Part shown: in pieces, positions 15,666 through 23,575 of the stretch | Position numbering within the stretch: the stretch's first letter is position 1 | How the letters are laid out: every line of letters starts with the position of its first letter | Origin: an uncultured Chloroflexia bacterium | GTDB taxonomy: Bacteria; Chloroflexota; Dehalococcoidia; DSTF01; JALHUB01 | Direction of reading: 5' to 3' | Length of the DNA stretch: 26,191 nt | Assembly: GCA_963726245.1 (NCBI GenBank) | Contig: CAVSBT010000014.1 | Location: 1 to 26,191, forward strand | Notes under the pieces: model-generated | What the model was told of the DNA's origin: nothing | Databases searched by the model: none | The model's input: the letters and a program-made list of their open reading frames with translations, nothing else | Made by a program: the position numbers and the translations under genes

Positions 15666-17099
15666 TCAACCGATGAACAACCACAAGAGGATCACCGTAA
15701 TCAGGGCCAGCAGCCCGGCGACCGGGACCACTGACCGCCGTGCCCCCGCCGCGTCGCCGATGTACTCACTCGAAATCTGATGAGCCAGACGCACCGACAT
15801 CGCCAGCCCCACCGTCAGGATTGGCACCTGGATGTAGGGAAGAAGTTGAGGCAGATAGGGTCTCCAGGCGTAGCCGGCGGTGCCAAACAGGTTCCACCCC
15901 CATCCGAAGGGGTCCGACAGCACCGGCAGGATGTCCGAAGCATTGGCGAACAGGAAGTCGAGGCTGAAGGCAACCCAGGCTGCCAGGCCCAGCGGCACGG
16001 CCGTGTAGGCAAAGGCGACGAACAGGCGGCGGGCAGGCACGTCGCTCGCCCTCGACAGCGCTTTCCCCAGCCAGCTGACGGCGAAGAACGCTCCCGGTGC
16101 GAGCACCAACATGGAGACCATCAGCAAGCCCGCGTAACCTATGAACGCCGGCAACTGACCGCTGCCCAGGTTCGCCCAGCTCCTCAGCCAGCCCCAGGGC
16201 CCGGCCATGATCGCTGTGTACAAGAGAGCGGAGGTCAGCAGGATCAACGCTCTGTAAGCTTCGTCCGCGTGCCGCCGTGGCACCGCCAGGTCGACCCCAA
16301 ACGGCCGCAGGCTGAGGGCGATATTCCCCTTAGGACACGTCTTGAGGCACTCCATGCACATGCCGCAATAGGCATTGCGATCCATGGTGCCGGGGTACTC
16401 CATCCAGGGACAGCCAAAGCCGGCCGCAGACCCTTTGATGCACTCTTTCGCCGCGGGGCCGCAGTGAACCAAGCACAGCTCGGGGTCAACGGCCCGCAGC
16501 TCCAGAGGCGCCGCAGCCGAATACTGGCCAACGAATCCGCCGACAGGGCAGACGTAGCGGCAGAAGGCTCGTCGCTTGAAGACCAGGTAAAGGCACAGCG
16601 CGAGGAGTGTGAGCGCGAGGAGAAGGGCACCCGTCACGAACGGTCGCGTGAGTATGACGGCGCTGAAGAGGGCCATGACGACCAGGACGGAGTTCTGCAG
16701 CCAGAGGCCACGGATGGCCTCCGGCCACTCGAGTCCAAGTGTCAGGGGCCGCCGGCGGCCCGGAATCAAGATGGCCCGCCTCTGCACCCATTCGCCGACG
16801 GCCGCAACGGGGCACACGGCGCACCAGGTCCGCGCTCCCAACGGCACGAGGATCAGGATCAGCGCCCCCCACCAGACGATCCAGGCAAAGACTATCGAGA
16901 AGTTGGCGCTGCCGACCGGCGTTCCGAAGAGACCGGTGAGGATCACCAGCACGAACACAGAGAGCACCGGCAGCACGACAATGAACGGGAACAAGCGGTG
17001 GGTGAGGACCAGGCGCACGGGTTCACACCGCAACACGTTGATGCGCTTACTGTCCCCGCCCGCGCCGGCTGTTCGTGGCTCGACGGCGGTTCTAAGCAT
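15666..17099 (-). CDS. Polytopic 4Fe-4S binding membrane protein (NapH/NosR C-terminal/CcoG-FixG-like)
   Basis: Many TM segments with RTWCAVCP, AFCRYVCPVG, CLVHC...ECIKG...GCP and YCGMCMECLKTCP. Likely start is ATG 17099, overlapping the upstream stop codon (alternative 17132). Confidence 0.88.
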   Translation of the reverse strand: MLRTAVEPRTAGAGGDSKRINVLRCEPVRLVLTHRLFPFIVVLPVLSVFVLVILTGLFGTPVGSANFSIVFAWIVWWGALILILVPLGARTWCAVCPVAAVGEWVQRRAILIPGRRRPLTLGLEWPEAIRGLWLQNSVLVVMALFSAVILTRPFVTGALLLALTLLALCLYLVFKRRAFCRYVCPVGGFVGQYSAAAPLELRAVDPELCLVHCGPAAKECIKGSAAGFGCPWMEYPGTMDRNAYCGMCMECLKTCPKGNIALSLRPFGVDLAVPRRHADEAYRALILLTSALLYTAIMAGPWGWLRSWANLGSGQLPAFIGYAGLLMVSMLVLAPGAFFAVSWLGKALSRASDVPARRLFVAFAYTAVPLGLAAWVAFSLDFLFANASDILPVLSDPFGWGWNLFGTAGYAWRPYLPQLLPYIQVPILTVGLAMSVRLAHQISSEYIGDAAGARRSVVPVAGLLALITVILLWLFIG

Positions 17100-17613
17100 G
17101 GGCGGCGCCTGTTCCTTTCCGCAGCCAGCCATACGCCGTGGCCCCGACGGCTACCACAAGCGTAGCTATGACGGCTCCGAGAAACGGGCTGTTGGGCTCG
17201 ACGGAGAGCAACCCGACCATGAAGGGATGCAGGTCGCCGCAGGGCACGGAGCAGCGGAGGCGAAATGTGCCCGGTCTATCGGCCACGAAATCCAGGACAG
17301 ACGTCTTGCCGGGCGCCGCCTCCGTCTTGAGACCGTAGCCGTCCACGTAGACGCCGTGGCTCACGTCCTGCGGCGCAAGGCGTAGGATTACGTGGTCACC
17401 CTTATTGACCTCTATTCTCTCGGGGGAGTAAGCGAATCTGCTCGCTTCAAGGGTGATCTCACGCGTCTCCGGCTTGCCGGCTGGAAAGGGTATGAAGCTG
17501 CCCGCAGCCACCGCCACCACGGATAGACCCGCGACAGCGCCCACTGCCAGCCACCCCCAATAGCGGAACAGCCCTCGCTTCAGTCTCTTGCCTATTTCGG
17601 CTTCTCCCGACAT
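17092..17613 (-). CDS. Membrane-bound cupredoxin with CuA-type motif (N- and C-terminal TM helices)
   Basis: FAYSPERIEVNKGD, DVSHGVYVDGY and RCSVPCGDLHPFM, with hydrophobic helices at both ends. Confidence 0.88.
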   Translation of the reverse strand: MSGEAEIGKRLKRGLFRYWGWLAVGAVAGLSVVAVAAGSFIPFPAGKPETREITLEASRFAYSPERIEVNKGDHVILRLAPQDVSHGVYVDGYGLKTEAAPGKTSVLDFVADRPGTFRLRCSVPCGDLHPFMVGLLSVEPNSPFLGAVIATLVVAVGATAYGWLRKGTGAAHA

Positions 17614-17691
17614 AAACCCATACCCTATGTGGCTCTCCCTGTAGTCGTAATTGAAAGCGCGAGCAGTTCGCCGCGCTCGATTCAGTTGTCC

Positions 17692-18693
17692 CTAGGGTGC
17701 GCAGCCGCTGGCCTTGCCTCCGCCCTGGCTGCCCGTGCCAAGCGCTCCCTGCTGCTGGAGCTGCGCGTAAACCTGCTTGAAGCCGCTGGAGCTCGAGTAG
17801 GCCTTGCCCATCAGCAGGCGCGCGTCGACGTGCTCCCACCCTTGGCCTTGACCCTGGAAGTACTGGGCCAGGTACTGGTACTGGGTGGGGAACCAGAACG
17901 GGCTGATCCTCTTCAGGGCCAGGAAGATGTCGTCGGCGCTGGCCCCTTGAGATGCCATGAGCTCCGCGAGGCCCAGAGCAGCCATTCCGTGGTTGCAGTC
18001 CGGAAAAGCGGTCATGTTGCCGCAGCACGGCCTCCAGGAGTTGGAGGCGACCTCTTCAACCACAGCCTGTTGTTCGGGGGTCAAGGGAATAAGGTCCAAC
18101 GCCGCAAGGTACTGGGGCCCGGGCTTCGCCCCGATGGTCCAGCCGCCGGTGCTGGCGTAGTTGGCTGCTTGCGCTGGGCCGCCCTGAGCTATGGGGCCCT
18201 GGGTAAGGATGGCGTTCTTGCTGGCAAGCCCCACGGCCCACAGCACGTCCAGCGCGAAGTAGGCGTTGCTGGCATCGATGCGGATGGGTTCGTCGGAGCC
18301 GTCAGTCAGCACCTTCACCTGATCAGGGGTGAGGGGCGCGCCGGCGCTCTGGGCGGCAAGCTTGAGCTTCTCCGGATCGATGACACCCGCTTGCACGAGC
18401 CGTGCGGGCACGTCTCCCCAGCGGACATCGAGCTCGACGCCATCCGCAGGGAAGAGCGCCGCGGACAGCTTGTCGGGCTGGTCGGGCGAGACGGCGGTTG
18501 AGCTTCCCTGGAATCTGCCGTGGCTGAACCATCCCCCATAGAAGAGGAGACCGGCGGCCAAGCCGGCGCCCATCAGTCCGAGCCAGGTCTTTCGCAAGCC
18601 GTGACGACGTTCTGGCGCAGTCTGTGCCGGCGGCTCAGCCTCTTCCCGCTCGTCTTCCCAGTTCTCTTGATTGTCTTCGGTCATATCCGACAT
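17692..18693 (-). CDS. Hypothetical membrane-anchored protein with PCC...CNHGM motif
   Basis: GGGGAGG SD before ATG 18693 (333 aa). Acidic N-terminus, one TM helix, YASTGGWTIG, WRPCCGNMTAFPDCNHGMAALG and C-terminal SGCAP. Confidence 0.8.
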   Translation of the reverse strand: MSDMTEDNQENWEDEREEAEPPAQTAPERRHGLRKTWLGLMGAGLAAGLLFYGGWFSHGRFQGSSTAVSPDQPDKLSAALFPADGVELDVRWGDVPARLVQAGVIDPEKLKLAAQSAGAPLTPDQVKVLTDGSDEPIRIDASNAYFALDVLWAVGLASKNAILTQGPIAQGGPAQAANYASTGGWTIGAKPGPQYLAALDLIPLTPEQQAVVEEVASNSWRPCCGNMTAFPDCNHGMAALGLAELMASQGASADDIFLALKRISPFWFPTQYQYLAQYFQGQGQGWEHVDARLLMGKAYSSSSGFKQVYAQLQQQGALGTGSQGGGKASGCAP

Positions 18694-18712
18694 GGCAGAC
18701 CTCCCCTGATGA

Positions 18713-18769
18713 TCACCATTCGCCTGTGACATGAGGCGGCTCACAGATGTGGACTGGGAGGACTTCCAT
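18713..18769 (-). CDS. Possible 18-aa leader peptide MEVLPVHICEPPHVTGEW
   Basis: GGAGAAGGA directly upstream of ATG 18769. Its TGA lies 19 nt before the start of the first operon gene. Confidence 0.3.
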   Translation of the reverse strand: MEVLPVHICEPPHVTGEW

Positions 18770-18927
18770 GTCCTTCTCCGCGCCTTCGAATCCCGCCGCG
18801 GTGGCGCCGCGCATCTACGGCCCCGAGCGCTTCTTCTCAAGCCCCCTGTAAGGTCTTCTTGGCTTCAAGGCCCTGACGCGGGCCGTTCTGACGGGGAGTG
18901 GCACAAATATCACCATCGTCAGAACTT

Positions 18928-18984
18928 GTTGATAAATATGCTCAACTTAGTCGCCATACTGCTCCCTGCCGCTCGTTTTGTCAA
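18928..18984 (-). promoter_or_regulatory. Sigma70-like promoter with downstream inverted repeat (candidate operator) for the copper-motif operon
   Basis: Minus strand TTGACA(18984-18979)-17 bp-CAGTAT(18961-18956), then GTTGA-N9-TCAAC (18928-18946) in an AT-rich patch. Confidence 0.5.
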
Positions 18985-19472
18985 GTGGATTTGCGGCCGA
19001 TTTTACGGAAATCTTTGAGCTGGAATTGCCGGCCCGTCACCTCACGCATTGGGCCGCGTGAAGCCGACGGTCGTGGGGCTCCAAATCATCAACAGATGAA
19101 GTAGGGGGCCGCAAGGGGCAGGATGGAGGAGATAGCCAAACGTGTCCGAGTTAGGAGAGCAGTCTAGGGCAGGTCAGGCTGACCTAGAACGCTGCTAGAT
19201 GCCCGTAGGAAGAGTCATGAAACGAAGGGTGTGGTAAGCGCGGCCCCGGGGTGAGTTCTCCCCGGTGCCTGATAAGAAGAACGTCGCGACGCCCCATAGC
19301 CTGGCCTTTGGAGGCACATGGCTGGGACAGCCCGAAGGACGACTATTCGGGCCTAGTCAGATACAAAGCGGGGCAGGCCGAAGGGGGCGCGTGGCAGCGG
19401 GCCCCGCCTGGCTTGCAGCTATAGCCGGCCTTGAACACGAAAAGGGCCGCGCATACCATCAAATGGGCAAGG

Positions 19473-19964
19473 CTAGCTTTGGCCGGCTACCTTCTTGGGA
19501 GCGGCGCGGCCATAGACATCGAGAAGCTGGAGTCGCGTTGCCTGAAACCGCTCCTCCATGACCTGGGCAGCACGCCTCATGAGTTGGAAGCCGAGGTCGT
19601 GGTCGCTCTCGCTCCTTTCGCGGAGGCATCTCCCATCGAGCGCGATAGCCCGTGTCAACTCCACCGCCCGAGCGTCGAAATGCCAGCGGTACGGCGGCAT
19701 CATCCACGACCACCCCAGAACGTCACCCTCTCTAAGGCTCTGGATGATGACAGGACCGCGCTCAGACGATGATATCTCCACTGCCACTCGACCTTCGCGA
19801 ATGAGGTAGAAGTGGTTGGCCTCTTCACCCTCCCGAAATATGACCTCACCGGCGTCGAAACGCACGTTGGACGCACAGTCGACGAACAGTTCACGGTAGG
19901 GCTCTTCCATCCCCTTGAAGAAAGGATGCGCTGCCAGGATACGTTCAAGGTTCTCTATGGCCAT
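19473..19964 (-). CDS. Stand-alone cyclic nucleotide-binding (Crp/Fnr N-terminal-like) domain protein
   Basis: 163 aa with IFREGEEANHFYLIREGRVAV and GDVLGWSWMMPPYRWHFDARA. No C-terminal HTH domain. Confidence 0.9.
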   Translation of the reverse strand: MAIENLERILAAHPFFKGMEEPYRELFVDCASNVRFDAGEVIFREGEEANHFYLIREGRVAVEISSSERGPVIIQSLREGDVLGWSWMMPPYRWHFDARAVELTRAIALDGRCLRERSESDHDLGFQLMRRAAQVMEERFQATRLQLLDVYGRAAPKKVAGQS

Positions 19965-20076
19965 CGGTTCCTGATCCTTTCCGTCAGCTCCTATGTTCCC
20001 TTTGGCCCATTGCCCTGGCCTCTTACCCGATACAAGGCCGCTCCTTGAGGACGCCTAGGCCTTCCGCCGGGTCACG

Positions 20077-20556
20077 CTAGGCGCTTTCAACAGGAGCATG
20101 GACACCAACGGCCGCTAGCTCGTCGACGATCCTGTCCGCAGCAGCCGGGAGAGCCTCCTCCACCTCCGCTGTGCACTGCTCGCCGAATGTATACGGGTCC
20201 TTGACAGCGACCACATAGATGAGGATCTCCTGCGGCAGCGGCAAGGAGAGCCGGCGGGCCAGCTCGAGGGCCAGATGCAGGTTAACGCCATGGCTCAGCC
20301 AGGCGCAACCCCCTTCCAACTCCTCTTCTCGCAGCCGGCGCACCTGGCCGGCAGCACTCCCGTCACAGATGCTGTCGATGATGACGCCCCGGTCGTAGTG
20401 AGCCAGGAGCTGAATGGTCTTGAGGCCGGCAATCGCCGCCTCAACCAGGTCTGCCTCGGGATCGTCGAGCAGTTCATGAACGCGACGCGCCACCGAGAGG
20501 CCGGTGGCGTCGTCGGAGAGGATGGGATTGCCCAGTCCCAGGATCAGTGTTTTCGT
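20077..20556 (-). CDS. Hydrogenase maturation protease (probable ACG start)
   Basis: (M)KTLILGLGNPILSDDATG...VIIDS...SHG...FGEQCTAEVEEALP. GGAGGGG SD lies 6 nt before ACG at 20556; the nearest ATG/GTG/TTG start in the ORF track (20661) lies deep inside mvhA. Confidence 0.85.
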   Translation of the reverse strand, partial: TKTLILGLGNPILSDDATGLSVARRVHELLDDPEADLVEAAIAGLKTIQLLAHYDRGVIIDSICDGSAAGQVRRLREEELEGGCAWLSHGVNLHLALELARRLSLPLPQEILIYVVAVKDPYTFGEQCTAEVEEALPAAADRIVDELAAVGVHAPVESA

Positions 20557-20558
20557 TC

Positions 20559-22046
20559 CTAGCCCCTCCGCAGTTGCTGAACGATTTTCCCCTGGGCGTC
20601 GTGGATGCTCACAATCAGGGGCATCTCGCCGGGCAATGAGTGGGTGGCGCAGCCGAAGCACGGGTCGTAGGCGCGGAAGGCCATCTCGATGCGGTTAAGA
20701 AGCCCCTCGGTGACGACCGTCCCCTTCTTGATCAGCCCCTGGCTGGCCTTCTTCACCGACATGGCGATGGCGCCGTAGTTGTGAGCGGTGCCGACGATGA
20801 GGTTGATCTTGCGGGCCACCCCTCTCTCGTCCGCCTGGTAATGGTGGATGAGGACACCGCGCGGCGCCTCAACCACACCTACGCCCTCGCCTGGCGTGGC
20901 GCTGGGAATGGTGCGAACGTCGGGACTGGTGATCTCCGGGTCCGTGGCCAGTTCCACCATGCGCTCGGCGGCATAGACGAGCTCGATGAGGCGGGCCCAG
21001 TGCGTCGCTAGCGTGGCGTGCACCGGCTTGCCCCCCAGAGTCGAGTACATGCGCTCGTACTCGGCCTGGGCCAGGGGGGTGGCCATCCCGTCGGCGGCGT
21101 TGAGACGGGCCAGGGGGGCCACCCGGTAGATGCCGCTGTCCTTGCCGTCAACGAGCCCCTGCCACCCCAGCTTCTTCAAGTAGGGGAACTTGAGGTAGGT
21201 CCAGGGCTCCACGTGCTCGGCGATGTGCTCCAAGTAATCCGAGGGGTCGAACTTGAGGAACTCTTTCCCGTCCGGGTCCACCACCCGCAGCATGCCGTCG
21301 TAGAAGTTCACTTTGTTGTCGGCGTCCACCAGGCCCATGTAGTAGGTCTTGTGGGTGAAGGTGTCGCTCACAATCATGTCCAGGTAGCCCTTGTTGGCCA
21401 GCACCACGTCATCGAGGATCTTGAGGGAGAGCTTGCCAAATTCCACCGCCGAACGGGCGATCGCCTCGATCTTGACCCGGTCCTCCTCGGTGATGGGCTT
21501 GCTGACGCCGCCGGGAAGGCCGCAGACGGGGTGAATGTACTTCCCCCCGATCATCGCCACCACGTCGTGGCAGAGCTCGAGGTGCTTGAGCACCTCGCCT
21601 CCAATCTCCAGGCCCACCTTGTGCACCACGCCGATGATGTTGCGCTCGGCGGGGCTGGCGTCGGGCCCCACGACGAAGTCGGGGCCACTGAGAGCGTAGA
21701 AGTGCGTAGCGTGGTCGGCCACGAAGAACGCGCTGTACAGTAGCTCTCGGAGCTTCTTGGCCGCAGGTGGGGGGTCTACCTTGAAGACGGCGTCCAGGGC
21801 CTTGGCGGAGGCCATGTGGTGAGCCTCCGGGCACACCCCACAGATGCGCGGGGTGATGATCGCCAGGTCTTCGACCTGCCGGCCCTCGCAGAACTTCTCG
21901 AATCCTCTCAGCTCAGGTACCTGGAAGTAGGCGTTCTCCACATCCCCCTCCTTGTCGAGGAAGATGTCGATACGGCCGTGGCCTTCAAGGCGGGTGATTG
22001 GGTCTATTACTATGCGTCTTTCGGTAGGTGTGGCATCCGTACTCAT
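20559..22046 (-). CDS. mvhA: Group 3c-type [NiFe] hydrogenase large subunit
   Basis: IDPITRLEGHG, ELRGFEKF, L1 motif PRICGVC, EAPRG and L2 motif RAYDPCFGCATH followed by a 26-aa cleavable tail. Clustered with mvhD, mvhG and hdrA. Confidence 0.93.
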   Translation of the reverse strand: MSTDATPTERRIVIDPITRLEGHGRIDIFLDKEGDVENAYFQVPELRGFEKFCEGRQVEDLAIITPRICGVCPEAHHMASAKALDAVFKVDPPPAAKKLRELLYSAFFVADHATHFYALSGPDFVVGPDASPAERNIIGVVHKVGLEIGGEVLKHLELCHDVVAMIGGKYIHPVCGLPGGVSKPITEEDRVKIEAIARSAVEFGKLSLKILDDVVLANKGYLDMIVSDTFTHKTYYMGLVDADNKVNFYDGMLRVVDPDGKEFLKFDPSDYLEHIAEHVEPWTYLKFPYLKKLGWQGLVDGKDSGIYRVAPLARLNAADGMATPLAQAEYERMYSTLGGKPVHATLATHWARLIELVYAAERMVELATDPEITSPDVRTIPSATPGEGVGVVEAPRGVLIHHYQADERGVARKINLIVGTAHNYGAIAMSVKKASQGLIKKGTVVTEGLLNRIEMAFRAYDPCFGCATHSLPGEMPLIVSIHDAQGKIVQQLRRG

Positions 22047-23086
22047 GGTACCCTCTGCGTAACGACCGGCGGATCGCCCTGCGCTCTCTCCAATTCGTCC
22101 GCCGCGCCAGCAGGAGAGAGCGCTCCGTCCTTGCGGACCCTTCGCAACATGGACGCCGGCAGGCCGAAGAGATAGCAGATCCCCAAGAGATCAGGGAGGG
22201 TATCGGCGATCCGCTCGATCTCGTCCTGATCCTGGGTGTCGATGATGGAGGCCAGGGCGCTGAGCAGCTTCCCGCCCTGGTCAATCACGTTCGGCGGCGG
22301 CCCATAGCAGCCCCGGCAGGGCATGTTGACCGAGAGACAGGGTGCGCCGCAGCCGCCCCGTGTGGCCGGGCCGGCGCAGATGATGCCTTGCTCCAGCAGG
22401 CAGTGGGTAGAGTCCGCCACGATCTCGTAGGGGCGGTGGAAGCCGCGGATCCGCTTGTCCTCCCTGATGCGGGTGCAATCGTAGCACACCGTCTTGTCCG
22501 ACGCGCCCACCACTGAGCCGGGAGCGGGCAGTTGACCCTGCATCACCGCCTGCAGCACCGCCTCGGTCTGCTCCCTGACCGGCGGACAGCCCGGCACGAA
22601 GTACTCTACGGGCACCACCTGCTCCAGCGTCCGCACCGTGTCATAGAACTCCGGGAGTGTGAGCTCTCCCTCCGGGACCTGGCAACTGAGCTGGGGACGC
22701 ACGCCGTTATCGTTGGCTGTGGACGGCGTGTCATGGTAGACAAGCTCGAAGATGGATTCCCTGTCGGCGACGTTGGCCAGGCCGGGGATGCCTCCCATGT
22801 AGGCGCAGGTGCCAAAGGCGACCAACACCTTCGACTTCTCTCGTAGCATGTGGGCCATGTGCTCCTGCTCTGAGTTCCTGATCGCCCCATTGAACAGGCA
22901 GACGTCGATGCTCTTGTCCGGCAGCGCCTCCACGTCCTTGTACTTGAAGTCCATGATGCAGGGCCAGAGGACGATGTCGAAGGCCTCGGCCACGTCCAGG
23001 ATCTTGGCGTACAGGCGGACGACGGCAATCTCGCAGCCGCCGCAGCTAGCAGCCCAATACAGAGCTAGTTTCGGCTTCTGAGCCAT
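22043..23086 (-). CDS. mvhG: [NiFe] hydrogenase small subunit
   Basis: ASCGGC, FGTCA, PGCPP, VCYDC, CLLEQGIICAGPATRGGCGAPC and PCRGCYGP. Confidence 0.92.
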   Translation of the reverse strand: MAQKPKLALYWAASCGGCEIAVVRLYAKILDVAEAFDIVLWPCIMDFKYKDVEALPDKSIDVCLFNGAIRNSEQEHMAHMLREKSKVLVAFGTCAYMGGIPGLANVADRESIFELVYHDTPSTANDNGVRPQLSCQVPEGELTLPEFYDTVRTLEQVVPVEYFVPGCPPVREQTEAVLQAVMQGQLPAPGSVVGASDKTVCYDCTRIREDKRIRGFHRPYEIVADSTHCLLEQGIICAGPATRGGCGAPCLSVNMPCRGCYGPPPNVIDQGGKLLSALASIIDTQDQDEIERIADTLPDLLGICYLFGLPASMLRRVRKDGALSPAGAADELERAQGDPPVVTQRVP

Positions 23087-23106
23087 AACAACCCCCAGGC
23101 TTCGGT

Positions 23107-23568
23107 CTAACCTTGCTGGCCCACTGCCAGCTTCGCATCCTTCTTCAAGGGGCCCAGCTCTTTCAGCGCTTTCGTGAAGTCTGCCACAACCTGGGCAAAC
23201 CTGGCCCCTTCAGATGCCGAAACCCATTCCAATCTCACCCTCTCGGGCTCGATCCCGAAATCACCAAGCATCTTTCTCAGCAGGTGAATCCTTCTTCGCG
23301 CCTTGTAGTTTCCTTCCATGTAGTGGCAATCACCCGGGTGGCAACCCCCGATCAGCACACCATCCACACCCCTGGCGAAGGCCTTCAAGATGAAGGTCGG
23401 ATCGACTCTGCCACTGCACATCACCCTTATCATCCTTAGGTTGGGCGGGTACTGGATTCTGGAGGTGCCGGCAAGATCGGCACCTGCATAGGTACACCAG
23501 TTGCAGGCAAAGCCGAGTATCAGGGGCTCAAAGCCGTTTCTGTCCATTGCCAGACCCTCTTCTCGCAT
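23107..23568 (-). CDS. mvhD: Methyl-viologen-reducing hydrogenase delta subunit ([2Fe-2S])
   Basis: FACNWCTYAGADLAG, RVMCSGRVDP, GCHPGDCHY and WVSASEG. Alternative start at ATG 23547. Confidence 0.95.
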   Translation of the reverse strand: MREEGLAMDRNGFEPLILGFACNWCTYAGADLAGTSRIQYPPNLRMIRVMCSGRVDPTFILKAFARGVDGVLIGGCHPGDCHYMEGNYKARRRIHLLRKMLGDFGIEPERVRLEWVSASEGARFAQVVADFTKALKELGPLKKDAKLAVGQQG

Positions 23569-23575
23569 GCTTTCC

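Noticed and set aside
14877-17613. Cytochrome c oxidase or nitrous oxide reductase operon
   Set aside because: Only small CuA-type domains are present; there is no subunit I, NosZ propeller or nosDFY in the window.
17620-17636. CsoR-like operator (ATACCCTATGTGG)
   Set aside because: Only one half-site resembles the TACCC-N-GGGTA box; it is not palindromic.
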